DNA from: Oculina patagonica
Taxonomy: Eukaryota
Length of the DNA stretch: 64,000 nucleotides
Assembly (NCBI RefSeq): GCF_052425735.1
Contig: NC_135767.1
Coordinates: 4,836,001-4,900,000 of the forward strand
Direction of reading: 5' to 3'
Position 1 is the stretch's first letter. Each line of letters begins with the position of its first letter. The position numbers and the translations under genes were made by a program. This document shows, one piece after another, positions 24,453 to 38,700 of the stretch. The notes under the pieces are model-generated. The model had not been told where the DNA came from, searched no databases, and saw only the letters and a list, made by a program, of their open reading frames with translations.

Positions 24453-27400
24453 GTGGTGAAACGTTCCTATCCGGTCCTCAAGCCAACTGAACCCAAATCT
24501 GTCTGGTTATTATATCTAAGGGTTATTATATCAGGGTTACCCTTCGGAATTATTTTCGTTTATGTTGCTTAATTCTAAGAATATATACCTTATAGCGAAC
24601 TAAGACGATTAAGGATGGTGATATACCAAGTTTTCATTCAAATTGAGCATACCTTAACCTTTTTTTGTAAATAACTTTTTCCAATTCCATAAGTTTGATT
24701 GTTTCCTTCAAACAATAGGCTGTGAGACTAATATCTTTTTTGATGGTGAGAAGAGGAATGATGGTTTACGCACGCTAAATACTGCTGAGGAGAGAGAAAC
24801 AAAGCTAGAATCCCAGGCTAACTGCAAAGTAAACATCAGTTCTTCCTGGTACATTGGATGTGATGGGGAAAAGGTTCCTCTTGGTTCTTCCACTAATAAA
24901 ACAATGAAAATTTTTCTTTTTGAATGGGATTCAGACGAGGAAGCATACTTTATAAAGGTGAGAATATAATTGTTTTGGTTTTGTTGGAATTTCAACTATT
25001 ACTATTAACCTGTTAACATTTAATCAAGTTGTTTACATTTTTTATTCTAGAAGAACGAGCAAAATGCAGAATTTACAGCGCGCGGGTATTTTAAAAACAA
25101 ATTAGAGTCGTAGTATGATTGCGTGGCGCTACTCATAATGAATTTAACATGTACAAAGAATAGATAACGATTATGGTGATGATGATGATTATTTTTAAAA
25201 ATAAGATATATTTTTTTGGTAGAGGGGGGGGGGGGGGGTTGACGTCCGTAAGCTTCCGTAAGCGTCCGTTAAAGTTTCTTTGTAGACTGCGGGCAGTCTC
25301 GACCCGCGAGACTCAGCAGCGATGCAGGTTGCTGAGTCTCGCGCAAGATTTGATAAATACAACTACCGTGATTCCCTGCAGGCGCGCGCTATAGAGGGAA
25401 TCGGGTATTAGATGAATTTATTAGATATATCAGTTTAGACGTTTTTCTGCGTATTTTCATGTTTTATATCGAATATGAGTTAACAGTCTTTCTCAGATTA
25501 AAAGAGTGATTTTTGTGATTTTAAATAAAGTTGATTTTCGTTCTTTTTGGCAAGAAAAATATTTCCTTTTACCTTTTAGGTCGTTGAGCCAATTAACATT
25601 TTCGTTGGACGAGTTATCAATCTAGGTATCAGCTGCTCCGAGCCAGGACCCAAAATCAAAGAAAGCTGTTTGCTATTCAAACTGGAAGGAAGCTTTACTT
25701 GTGAGTTAACGTGTGATTAAACTACGTAACGACATTTACTGACCAAAGTTAAAGATAGGGACAAACCTAATAACAGTCCGGCAGGGAGCGATTTAAAAGA
25801 TCAAATGCTCCGACTGCCAAGCCCCTTACATCGGAGAGACGGTCGAAACTTCAACATCAGACTAACTGGACACAAATCACTTGCATACAGAAATCTATAT
25901 ATTGTTTTGGCAAATTGTCCCCTGCACTTACAACATTGGAACTTTTTAGTGCTTTTTATGAACGTGTTTTGGTTTTTAGTACGCTTAGAATTTTGGGTAA
26001 ATGTATTAATCGCCATCTTCTTCCAGTATTAACAACTTTCTTCAATGGCAGGTCCTGTAAAAAGATCAACTAGTCCTATCTTTTCTTCAACTATTAATCC
26101 TACGACGTCCTCTTTGATAGTAACGTCGCTGTCTACGGTGAGTGCGGCTTATATGGATCGAGGGGTCCAGGTTAGCTCACCGGTTAGCTCAGTTGGTAGA
26201 GCGCCGGACTGCTGTACGGGAGGTCTCGGGTTTGAGTCCCAGACCGGACCAACCGTTCCTCAGGGTCTCAAAATAACTGAGTAGAATATGCTGCCTTTGC
26301 AATGACATCTGCAAATGGTTAGATATTCTAGTCTTCTCGGATAAGGACGATAAACTGTAGGCCCCGTCTCCTGCATCTACAGTGTTATGATCAACAGGGG
26401 ACGTTAAAAAAAACCCACACACTTATCGAAAAGAGTAGGGCACGGAGTTCCCGGTGTTGTGGTCTATCTTTACGCATTGTGTTGTATACTGTGAAATGCT
26501 CGGTTTCATTAGCATATACTTGTTTGAGCCCTTACACGGCTCATAATACCGAGGGTAAATAAAGTTTCAGTTTCAGTTTCAGGTTCGAGTCCCAGCGGGG
26601 TCACTGTGTTCTTTGACAAGACGAGCTCTACTTGGGTTACTAGGGCCGGATTAGTAGGGTATTCTAGCAAAATGCTGGTGGGTAACCTGCGATGGACTAG
26701 TACCAGAAACCCATAAGGGTTGAAACGTGTAACTCCCTATGATTCGCATTGTACAAAGCGTTTGCACATTCGTCTACACTAAGTACCATATTTGGAAAAT
26801 CACGAGAAACATTTAACCAATCAAAATTACTATATTTGGATTAAATTCACAGCCCGCGCTAGCTCGCGCTCGATGGCGTAATCTTGTTTTTGAACAAGCT
26901 TGGTTGAATAAAGTTAAATTTGGTTAAATTCTCCTGTTTCATCTTCATAAGGTAGTCTGGAGAACTGCGCTTCGATACACTTAATGAGTTTCTTTAGTTT
27001 CTGTAAGAAATTTACGGCGTTTAGGTCGAAATTCAAGCAACTTACCGCAAAACCAAAAATTATGTTGCGTGTGTCATTACGTGTATACAGCATTCGCGTA
27101 CAAATTCTTCGTGTTTCCAAATATGGTACTTAGCAAAATGAATATTCAAACGCTGTGCGCGCGCGTTACACGTTTCAACCCTTATGGGTTTCTGCTAGTA
27201 CCCCATCCAGGGGGAGTAGCTAGTTACTTTGCGCTACAAAAATGGGAGTTAAGGTCATTCCTCGAAAATAGAACATGAATTGAGACTATTCTCAAAGTTT
27301 AGCAGCTGATGTGTATTTAGGGTTGCATATACGGTTACGGTATGTACGTCTAAAAGTATAAGAAATAAACTCCTGAAAATAAAATAGCAAACAAAAAAGA

Positions 27401-30400
27401 AAAATTATTAGAAATCGATCCTTTTATTCGCAGGCGTATTCAGAGAAAGCTACTGTACCGGCAACGACTGGTCCAACTCAGCATACTCAGGTACGAGCTT
27501 GAAAGCCTGTACATATATTTGAGTATTCAGTGACGTGCGTTCCTGCTGCCGCCGGGCAAACTACAAGCTCGGGTTGAGCATGTGATAATAGCCTGTAGCC
27601 AGCGAGCAGGCTCGAGCTCCCCACCAGCTTGCTTCGCTCGCCGACTCCGGGGAGGGGGGGGGGGTACTCATAAAAGTTTTATACGGGGAGGCTCCGCCCC
27701 AAGTTCTAACCCCTTACCCTTTTATATACCATTTTGACAGAAATTGAACCCCTTTCGTATACCTTTAACTGAAAAAAAAGTACCCCTTTCATATACTTAA
27801 GAGACATGGCGCGGACTTAAAATAGGAAGTTTTCTTTTCATTTTTATGTAGCGCTTAATAATTAAAATAATACAGCCATAAATTGCGTCTGTTTGAAATA
27901 TTTAATTTAAAGGCCATTAATTTTTAAATAGCCAATTGACAGATTTTTATACCCTTCCATATACTTAAACTCGTGAAATCCCTACCCTTTTATATACCTG
28001 AAGCCTGAAAAAGGTACCCCTTTCGGGCGGAGCCTCCCCGTATAGGCCATTTAATCACAGCTCTTGCGTAAGACTCAAAGTGAGCCTGCCCGCATGGTAC
28101 ACCAAGAATAGAAGTAATTTTACCAGGCGCTGTACGAGTGATTGCCCCAAGGAAAAAAGCGCAATGTACTAAAATTAGCTATAGGCCTTACCTCGTTTTA
28201 CCATTTTCATGAAACAATAAGCAGGCGATGGATGTTATTTTAAACTGCAGGTTCTCCGCTCGGGGGAATACGTAAAGAAGAGAAGCAAGGATAAAATTCC
28301 CTTAAGTCATTGACCCCACAAGCATCCTGCTAACAAGATATCCTATAGCGGGAAGCCGCCGCTCACATACAAACTAATGGAATTTTGACTAGCCTATTTC
28401 GGCTAGTATCAACTTGAAGTGTTTAGTTTTTAAAGAAACTGTTGAACTGCGTCGGAGGGCAAGTGAAGTATTAGTAGATCATCACTGCACTGGAAGTTGA
28501 TAAAGGTGAATAAACTGCCGCAGCGAAGTTTGGAAAACTGACGTTTCGAGCGTCAATCCGGCTTCGTCAGAGCTATCATCACGTGCGCGCATTGGAGTTT
28601 ACAACTTACCTGTGTGAAGCAATTTAAAAAAGAAGCCAAGTATTCAATTTTTGCAAACGTGTTAAGTCATAAGTGGCGGAGCAAAAGGGGGCAGGGGGGA
28701 GAAGAAGAAGCCCCCCCCCCCCCAAAGGAAATTTTGAGAGGCTCAGCCCCCACGTTTTGGTGCCAAAATTACTACGAGCGCAAAAATAGTTTGTCAAGAT
28801 ATTCCGTCTCGTGTGTGAGTTTAAGCATCTTTAAAAGTCTTCGGGGAAACTTTGTTTATCTTTGGAAAAGTTCTTAAAAAAAAATCAGAAAACGTTCGTA
28901 TGGCCTTCGAGCAGCAATTGGAGAATCCTCGGAAAACGTCGGTCTGAAAATTAAACTGTTCAGAAAACAAAAGGTTGCTTGGACGGAAAAATGTTGCTCC
29001 AGATATCGAAACCTGCCGAATATTTTTGGGGCAGTCTTATAGCCCCCTCCCCCACCACGTTCCAAAACGCTCCGCCGCCTCTGAAAGTAAAATGTCCGGG
29101 TAAAATGTGGACAAATATCAAAGAAATTCTTAAAACCATTGGAAAATAAGGAACTTTTTAGCTAAGTTTCGTTTGCACACGCAAAGCCGTTCTTCAAAAC
29201 TGTCCTTATTACGGTCTTTTGGTCAAACTAGTCTAGTGATGGAAGTTTACGGTGTTTCTTGTTCTCAGGCCATCACTCAACCCAACTCAGGAAGAAGACA
29301 GAAGAATGAAGACGACAGCTCGTCCTCTTCGCTGGGTATTATCGCGGGCGTGACTGTCTCCATCTCACTCGTACTGGTGGTTATTGCTGCTCTTTTTATC
29401 TATCGATGTCGAATATCTAGGTAACCATTTTTGAATACTATCCACTGTTCATTAACAGTATTTAACTCCTTACCATGCAAAACACTTGCAGATCAAAAGC
29501 GTTTTATTAGAGTGGCTTTCTTATGATAAACCACTTTTCTGATATAACCGGCTCAAAACGGGTTTCTATGCTACTTATAAGTCTCCCCGGATATAAGCCC
29601 ATCGAAAACCCCTTGATTACAAAGTTGTATAAGTCTTGGCCATGGGCTTATAACCGCATTTAACAGTATCGGATTATTAAGGTTTCGATCAATCTTCCCT
29701 TGAGTTATAATGTAAAGAATGTTCTAGTTTTGTGAGAACTTTTTGTAAATTTCGTTTTACATCAATCCATTGTTGTCCACAGAAAAGATGCCAATACAAG
29801 TACCTCTGGCCAAATAAATAAGGTAATAAATTAACTTTAAAGTGAATGAAACCAGGATGGACAAACAGTATACGCTTTACTGATCTTCGTATCAGTAGGC
29901 CTTTTGTTCAGCATACAATTTATATCAAAAACAAGATCAGCCGTCGGAGTAATGTAATGTGTTGTATTGTAAATAGCGCCCTTGTGTAAGTACTGCAGGG
30001 TTTTCGTTTGAGGCCGGAGGCCGGACGTATCGTCTGGTCGTTTCCCGTTCCAGGTCCGGTACTTTGATATCAATATTTAAGGTTTTTTTTACTTAAGCAT
30101 CTCATGAACTTACTGACTAGAGGATAACAGAAACAATTTCGCAATGATTAACAACTGAAAATTCTGTTGTTGCCATTCTCCCTCGATCAACTGTCCATTT
30201 TCATTCAATATTTTACTTTTTAAAGAACACTTGAGTGAAAGCCGGCCCTGCCTGGGAAACTGATTTCTGGGTTCCAGAAACGCTGGAAACGGCGTTTCTG
30301 AGTGTTCTATCTTAAAAATTTCCTGCGGGGGGCACACCCCCAGACCCCTCTAGGTGCTTGCGCGGTGCTTTCACAACTATGTTCGCTACCATACAAAACT

Positions 30401-32608
30401 GTTGAAAACCCTGAAGTAGTGTAATGTAATGCAATGTCATGTAACTTCTTGTTTTTTTGTGTCTTGCAATAAAAAAAAAGATCAGCCATCGGTAGAGTCA
30501 GGTGACCAGTTTTAAAGCAGTGAACTCTTTCAAGACGGACATCTGTATAAGAAGGACACACTCCTATCAGCTGGAAAGAATTTATTCTTCCAACTTGGTT
30601 GAGCTCACGTTTATATGTAGCTAAACTCTTGTTAAGACGGACACCTCTACGACAGACAGCTAGAGCTGGTCCCGAGGGTGTCTGTCTTCGACAGAGTTCA
30701 CTGTACAGTCAACTCTCTCAAGACGAATTGTATAAGACGGACTCTTCTATTAGCTGGAAAGTATTTATTGCCCCAACCTGGCCGAATTTTATATGTTTGT
30801 TTGTATACCTATACTCTCGTTATATTTAAGACGGGCATCCCTATAAGAGGGACAGCAAGAGAGAGCTGGTCCCAGTGTCCATCTAAGAGAGAGTTCACTG
30901 CCCAGGGGGGAGGGGGGTACTCCGGGATCCAAGTTACGGGGATGTGCGAAGGATTTTTTTGGGGTCGAAATTTTCGATTCCGGGATTTTTTTTGGGTAGG
31001 AGAATTTGGCAGGTATTTTTTTGGGTGACTTGATTTAAATAGGGGATTTTTTTGGGTATTAATTCAAACTAAAGTGCCTTGGCGCGGCCTTGGCAATTTA
31101 GGGGTAATTTGACTAGGGATTTTTTTGGGCGTTTTTTTGGTCCAGGGATTTTTTTGGGTAATGTCGGGAGACTTAGGGATTTTTTTGGGTCCTGAGTTTT
31201 GCCTCCATTCGATCATCCCCGTCACTTTAATCCCCGAGTACCCCCCCCCCCCCCTGGGGTTCACTGTAATCCAAAAGCTCTTAAGTCCAAGATGGATGTT
31301 ACGATAGGAGGGAACGCCCTGGCAACAAGATCGCACTGGGATAAAATGATAGTATGATGGTACAAACGTGAAGCTTTGAAGTTGGATTGTTGCCAGTTTC
31401 GAACGTTCTTCCCAATGTCTTATTTGAACTATGTATTTCAGATCACTGTGCTGGCCAAAAGATTCTCCATGTTTGCTGTGGTAGACAATTTGATTGATTT
31501 CTTTTTCTTTGTTTCACTAGAATACAGTGACAAGCAAACCGAAGACAAAGTCAGCGTTTCAGCCGCAAGAACAGAATGGTTTTGTCACCAACAACGGCAA
31601 GGAACCGTTTGCATGTAGGCATCCATAAAATAAACTAGTTTTCATAGCAGCGCTTGAAACAACTTTCCTATTTAAGTTAATATTTGATCCAGGTAAACCG
31701 CTTTTAAGGCGATCTTTGATCGCACTGTGTAGGCATATTAAGGAAAAAACAATTGTATTCATAAAAAGTGTTTGCCTTCCCTCAAGTTATCCGCATTTAA
31801 AAGAATAATTTCCTATTAATAACATACTTATAGTCTAGCCTATTTTGTCACCGGTCCTAGCGCAAGCCAGGCGATACGTGATGACCCAATTAGAGGTTTC
31901 GAAGGAGAATTGGCCTACTGAGTATCCGCTTTATGCTAAATAAAAGTGCGGAGTTAAGCACCTGATTTTGTATTGATGAGATATCTGGCTGCTCGATCCG
32001 ATCCTTAGCCTGGAACGGACGTTTCCTTTAAAAAAAGTCTTTTTATTGCTGGAGAGTTTTTGCTTTAATTATATCTCAATTATTCTACTGGAGGCATTTT
32101 AATTTGTGATGTGTACTTGTTTTTTTTTTCAGCAATTTATGCTCCAAACTATGATGTACCTCAGTCAAACTCTCAATCAGGCGGTTTATACGCCGTGCAC
32201 AATATTTCCGACGGACACAATATCTTTGGGCCCAGAGACAGTCAGGAGGAAATGTCCCAGAATAATGGCCTTAGTGGTATAGACCAACCTGTGTACAATA
32301 TCCTGGAGGACCTATCAGTAAAGGACTCCGAGGAAACTGTCAATAATGGCCTTTATGAACCAGAAACAGTGTACAACGTTCTGGAGGAACCTTATACAGA
32401 AGGCTCAGAGGGACCAGAATGGTATGGTTCTGTACCTATGGAGGGCCCAGTTTACAACACTTTGGAGGAACCTTATGCAGAAGGCTCAGAGGGACCAGCA
32501 TGGTATGGCTCTGTACCTGTGGACGGTCCAGTGTACAACACTTTGGAGGAACCTAATCAATATGCTGATTCTCCAAGTACAAATGAGCCAGTTTATAATG
32601 TTCCATGA
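21385..32608 (+). CDS. Receptor paralog C, 9 exons, about 532 aa, tail truncated by a frameshift
   Basis: Exons 21385-21718 (in-frame upstream ATG at 21352), 24719-24957, 25580-25700, 26052-26137, 27434-27490, 29269-29420 (TM), 29783-29822, 31521-31614 and 32133-32608. A 14-nt deletion relative to B near 32603 creates TGA at 32606-32608. The ancestral tail frame continues to 32789. Confidence 0.82.
22877..24072. mobile_element. Harbinger-like MITE containing a nested MITE
   Basis: TIR GGCTGCGGTCACATC with 3-bp ATT duplication. Confidence 0.7.
22963..23587. mobile_element. Nested MITE with ~75-bp TIRs
   Basis: GGTCGTTTCGAGACAAAGTCG... inverted at both ends; TTAACTAC duplicated at 22955-22962 and 23588-23595. 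Confidence 0.75.
24389..24452. repeat. (TAT)n microsatellite
   Basis: About 21 perfect trinucleotide units. Confidence 0.95.
26174..26579 (+). mobile_element. tRNA-derived SINE
   Basis: A box TAGCTCAGTTGG, B-box-like GGTTTGAGTCC, ~300-bp non-tRNA body, (GTTTCA)n tail and flanking CAGGTT duplication. Confidence 0.75.
26704..27194. mobile_element. MITE with 30-bp TIR and 7-bp TSD inserted in a SINE remnant
   Basis: TIR CAGAAACCCATAAGGGTTGAAACGTGTAAC; CTAGTAC duplicated; the flanks rejoin to the SINE sequence GATGGACTAGTACCCCATCCAG. Confidence 0.8.
28536..28574 (-). ncRNA. Minimal hammerhead-like motif (Penelope-repeat relic)
   Basis: Minus strand AGCT-CTGACGA-AGCCGGATTGACGCTC-GAAACGTC-AGTT; a decayed counterpart lies at ~75-105 in the paralogous intron of A. 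Confidence 0.5.
30901..31258. mobile_element. MITE with 8-bp TSD (hAT-like)
   Basis: CCCAGGGGGG...GGGGGTACTC / GAGTACCCCC...CCCCTGGG ends; GTTCACTG duplicated. Confidence 0.7.
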
Positions 32609-35600
32609 CGATGCAGGACAAGCTGACAGTTATGGTCCCTCAGGTGTCCAAGACCCAGTGTATAACGTGCTGGAGGGTCCTGATTTTGATAAATCAAGCG
32701 AAGACGGCCTGTATTCGAACAGCTTGGAGGCTCAAGACCATGGAAGTAACATCCCAGTGTACGCAGTAGTCAATAAGAAAAAGAAATGACACCATAATGT
32801 ACATCTTAAAAGGGACATACTTTCATTCATTACAAGCAGTAACAATTAATTTAGGAAGGGCTATGTCACAAAAAGTTGCAATGTACCATGTAAGGATGTT
32901 TTGTTTTTTAACTTTCAACAACATAGCATACGCAATGATGCTTTGTCACTCACTCGAGAAATTACTTACTTATATTGAAGGTTTATAAACCGGAATTGTA
33001 GTTTTTTTTTGTGCATGTAAAAAGGCAACCTTAACAAACAGGAATATAACCCAGAAACCTCAATTAATTAGAACTAATTTTCTTTAAAAACAGCTTGTTC
33101 AAATTAGTTTTAAAAAAGGCCTAAAGGATTATACTTGCTAATTAATTGCAGCTCTTTCCCTCATGACCTATAAGAATTTTTTAACATAATCAAATACAAC
33201 AAGGTAATTTGTCGTTAATCATATTTATATCGCTATTTTTGCAGCTGTAATTGGACCTCCGCGGTGTTTGCCTATTTTTTAACTCTAATCATTCAAGTTA
33301 TAACATAACTATAATACGTTTTTGAGCATTTCTTGATTAAGGTCCTGTAATTGTGTGAGTAATTAAATTTCATTTTAGTGCCAGAGGCGTGGGAAACTAA
33401 CGTTTAGCTACTTATAATAAGTGATATGATAAGTTTCTTTAAGGATACGTACTTAGGAACCAAACCCTTTCCTAGCTAGTCATAATGGCTTGGCCTTTTC
33501 AAGCTACAAAAATTTTTTAGAGACGCTCATTGAGTCAAAGAAGAATACAATTATTTTAAAGTAATAATGACTTTTTCCTTGTCACTTATTTTATGTGTTC
33601 CCTGAAGGTTAAAAAAAGATAACTGGTGAATTCAAAGCATTTCATGCATTCAAAACAACATTAAGTTAGGGGAGGAAGAAATATTGGGCATAACTTTTTA
33701 ATTTAAAGTAAGTGAATATAAGAAAAAGTGTCTCAACAATTTTGATTGTAGGTTTTACATTTGCAACAATTTAATCTTGAAACACAAAGTAGGATTATTT
33801 AGAAAGCTGAATTTTTCTTAGCGTGCGAGGCAGGAGTCTGTCGAGGGTCAAGGTTGTGAGGTTGTGGGGCAAACACGAAAGGATCGACGTTCAGTCATTG
33901 ATTCCGGCCTCGTGGTCAGTCTTAATTAAGCTTCACACACTTGTGGGAGAGGGAGTGACAGAGGGTAGTACTCCTTTGTATTAGCCGCAGGGTCTAGTCT
34001 ATATGCAGCTAAATGGATTTTGTGACCTTCTTGATTATAAGTGGACTCACGGTAGCTTTTTAAAGTGGCAACCGTCGGGTCAGAGGTAAAACAAAGAGTT
34101 GAGGTACACCAGGAAAATAAACGTTCCTGCAGATCGAAAGACAACATACTAAACACCCCAGTTAAACAGTTTTTCCTTTCCTCTACAAGGGTAGCCAACG
34201 GACCGTTTCTTATTCATTTGACGTCAGTCATGCTTCTCTCGAGCACTCTCTTGCTGTGCTTTTAGTCAAATATAAATAAAGGAAATAAACAAATCATAAA
34301 ACAAACTAAATAAAGCAAATGATTTCACTTGACGGTTTTTCATAACATATATAATTGCTTCATGATTTGATTTCTGTACGTCATTCCTTTGGTTACTGTA
34401 GTTTTATTTGTTAGCAGTTTGCTAGTTTCTCTTTTACAACTATGTACGCTCTGCGGACCGTCGACTGAAATAAGGAAGTTTACAGCAACAAACCAAAGAG
34501 CAGTTAAATCCACATGCGCACCAATATACTTTATTTTTCTGAACAGCTTGTATAATTTAGAGGCTACATGAACTGTAGCTATAGCAGCTTTAATTTTGGT
34601 TGTATACTAAGAGATTACCACCTCAGTTCGAAGTTGTTTATAATTACTATTAGATACTTCAGAAAAACACCAAATATTGTAGATTCCACCAAAAGGCCAC
34701 TTATCAGTATTGTAAGAGCAGCGCCGCTTTATTAGTCATGTTTTCGACTTTCAAATCTAAGAAAACCGAAAGACAATAGCAAACTTAGGTAGACAAAAGA
34801 TCAAAGAAGTAATAATAACCACAAAGGAAAAAGGATGGTTAAAATTGGAAAAGATTGAGACGAATTTTGAACGTCGAAAATTCTGTTTAAAATTTTTTCA
34901 TGATGCGCCATATTCGTGAGGTAGCTCTTTTATTTAATGTCGATGACGTGAGAGATAAATAATAGTGAACTGAACGTTTAAGGTATTGGTGTAAAGAAAT
35001 ATTGGCTGTGATGTTGCGTCGAAAGAAAAGCTTTTCTTCCTGTGTGGTTTGTTGATGCGGTAAACTATTGTTTAGGGGACGTTTCCGAGTGCTAGATTGT
35101 CGGATCGCTTTTAAAACACCAGTGAAAAACGCCACATAATGGTGAATAGCATATCTTGTTGATGCTTTGCTCGCAACGTGACTAAGCTTTCAAGATATTG
35201 GATTGCTGGTCTATGTAAGAACTCTCAGAAACGAAAACGAACTCATTCCAGCAGAGCGTGAATTTTGCTGAATTAACCTGTTTCTATTATTCGCACATAA
35301 CGCGTCTTTTGAACTAATAAAATAAGGGTTCTTTTTTTAAAAAAAACCCTGATACGTTTGTTACTGCTGTTATTATTGTGTTTGGAAACTTCAAAGTTCA
35401 GTGAATAGTGAGTAATAAAAATAAAATTATTTAGACACTTAAATCACGAGTACTGCGTAAAAGCATTTTGTCTGGGCGAGCTAATTATTCATCGTCCTGA
35501 CATAATACAAGTTGCTGAGTTGCTTGTTATAAAGGGGGAAAACGGATGGAGTCGCAGTAAAAGACAATATTAAAAAAACCGGTTTGAAGAGAGCATATCT

Positions 35601-35751
35601 TTCGTGAGCAATATTTGTTTAAGAGTGCTACTTCTGCCCGCCACAAAGTCTGCATGCTAAATAAATTCTGCTACTGCTTGGAAACGCTGAATTTGCTGAG
35701 TTGCTGAAAAAAAAAATATTCCCTAAAAAAGTCACCCAAGTCTTGAATGAG

Positions 35752-38700
35752 ATGGTTTATACAGTGAAGTCAGAAACCTTGTTATCAACATTACTGATAT
35801 TTCAAATTAGCCCTGGCTTTGCTTTAGCAGCGATCTTCCAGATTGAAAGAGCAAGACCACAAGGATATTCAGGATGGCAAAATAGCATAGACTACTTCGG
35901 GATTACGTCCTCGCCATGCCAAGAAATTTCAGAGTACGAATGTATTGACTACAATGCCTTGAGTGTCGCTCAAATTTGCAACTGTTCGTGTCCTGTGGAA
36001 GAATCTACCTTCACGAATTTTGAAAACCTGTGGTCATGTATCAAAAATACCGAAGTGCGGACAAGCCTACAATCTATAGAATACGTCAGTGAACCTGGCG
36101 AGAAAGGTACCATTTTTAACTAAATGTTAACTGTATCGCATGGATTAGTAAGCAAGTTTTAATTTGTTGTGTAATTGTTATTTCTTAGGATTTAATTATA
36201 TTTTTTCATGCTTACAATATAATGACCCAGTGTTTTCTTTGTTGTCAAGCTTCATGTTAAGATAAATGTAGGAGAACTGAATAGAAACAGATTGGAAGCA
36301 ATATCGGTAAAAAATCTTATCATTCAATTTTTTTTTCTTTGATTTAAAACAAAAAGAAATTAAGCACTGTACAAAGATAGTTTTTCCCGCGGCAGCTCCC
36401 ACAAGAAAGTTCCGTGACAACTTAATTATTTTCGCGATTTTACATGGCGGGGTGATATATTTGACGACATTAAATCTTCGTAATTATGCAAAGTTTTCGA
36501 AACCAAGCAAGCCACTTAATTTTCGGATTCTCATTGTACACAACGAAGATTCCAAGCGGGTAAACGAAGTGACATAAACAAATACATCCCCCTACAAGTT
36601 TTGTTTTGTTTTGTTTGAGCCACGCGCGCGTGTAAGATTATAATTTAAAGGTTTTTCTGAGTTGGACAGACTGTACTTAAAAGATGTATTGTACAAGAAT
36701 TCTTGCTGAGAATAATGTCGCGTCTGAAGAAAATAGATTCGGTGTTAGAGTTTAACATGGTTTACGCGATTTCACTCGAACTGCATTATTGGCACTTGCA
36801 GTACGAAGTCAGTGATCAACAACATAGCCTTTGAACGACAAATGAAAGGACAAATACATTCTCCAAGGTGGGAGGTGGTTTTTCTTGCAGTTAACACTTT
36901 TCTTCCAGTTAACACTGTCAAACTTAAAAAGTCGAGCCGACTGTTTTAGGTTTGAGGCGCTAACTATCTTATCGGTCCGTAGACAAAGTACTTTTTAACG
37001 ACTTTTTTACAGTTTTGTTCACTAGTACAGTACGTTTAAAGATGATTTCCAGTCCGTACTGCGCAGACTCAGGGTTTGGTTTCATTTTTGTTTTGAATTC
37101 GTTGAAACGTTACACTTCGGTGATAGCGTACATGAAGTTGTTTAGTTCGCCATTACGGATCGTTTCGTTCAAGAATTCACGATGAGCTAAAACGTCCGTT
37201 TGAAATACCATCGAGCTTCTTTTACTCGTTATTATTGTTTTGCAAGGATATCTGGCGTTAATAATGAAGAAAAAGGTAAGTTTTGTCCCGGAATTTTTAT
37301 TTTTGCTAGTAAACATTTTTGCTGTTTGTGAGACTCACAAACATTGCAGGCGGAGATTGCGCAGTACGGACTGGAAATCATCTTTAAGCAAGGCTAGTTT
37401 ACTATTCATGAACACCTTTATTGCATTTTCAAGATACACTTAATCACGATGGGACTGCCCCTTTAATTTTAATCTGAAATCCACTTTGTGTTTGTTTATT
37501 TCTAGGCTGTCAACCAGACATGGGAACCCTGTTTGTCAACGAATATTTAAATAGCAGTTTACGCGTATTAAACGTTGGTGACGAGAAAGCGATTTCTTTA
37601 CGTAACGACTGGAGCAGTTGCGAACTTGATCGTAATTATTCTTGGTATTTTGGATGCAGTGCTTCGCGACTTTCGTCCGGCCGGGCTCTTGATACCATGA
37701 TCAACTTGTTTAGCTTGATAAAAGGAGACCAGTACTACCATCTGAAGGTAAGATATCGTGATAACTCGATTTGCATCCCAGGTGCTTATTTTATTTTCGT
37801 AGCTTAAGAAGTACGCTTAGGTTGCGGGCTCTTATTTATTAGGGGGGGGGGGGAGCTTATTTCTATTTTTGAGGCTTATTTCTTTTTTTTGACCTAAACA
37901 TCCGAATATAATGTATAAAAGACAAAGATATCTTTGTTTGAAGGAATTGTGGCCTCATATGGAAATAATAGTCAGAAGAAGAACAGTTCTTTTGTAATGT
38001 CGGAATAATATAAGTAAGGCAGATGAACAACGGATGATCTAAATTAAAATACATTAAAATACATTAATAAATTAAATAAATTAATAAATTAAAATACATT
38101 AATGGTGCTGTAATAGGCCATTTCCGATATATTAAAATCCTAACTTGGCTCCGAGGCTTGGGGGAATAAAACAAAAGATATCACTTCGAGGTTCAGGAAT
38201 AAATAAATCATTTCTTTTGTTTTATTCCCCCAAGCCTCGGAGCCAAGTTAGAATATTAATATATCGGAATTGGCCTATTATCACAGAATAGGGGTGTTTA
38301 CGTAACAGAAACACTTAATGATATAGGCACGCTTGATAAAATAGCGGCTCTTACAATAGTCTGCGAGGAGACTCTCTTTTCGGGCGCAATGTGAGGCTCT
38401 CTAAGAGAGCGATGGCGCGAGTTTTGGCGAGCGGGATCGCGCCTTTGGCGCTCAAAGAAAGATTCGCAGAAAGATTCACATTGCCCCCGAACAGAGAGCC
38501 TCGCAGGCTACTCTCACCGAATAGAACACGTCAAAGGGGAATGGGGGGGGGGGGGGGGGGGGTTATTGGACTGTATGTATGTCAGGCATCTGCCATTTTG
38601 TTGCAGAATCGGTTGCTCCAGTCATAAAACAAAACGAAACAGTTCTTTCTCCAGGAAAAGTGTAAGAATTATTACAACAGATAAGAAACTTACAATCAAG

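Noticed and set aside
26182-26260. tRNA gene
   Set aside because: The tRNA-like head runs into a SINE body with a simple-repeat tail and TSD. The same applies to the heads at ~44384 and ~53474.
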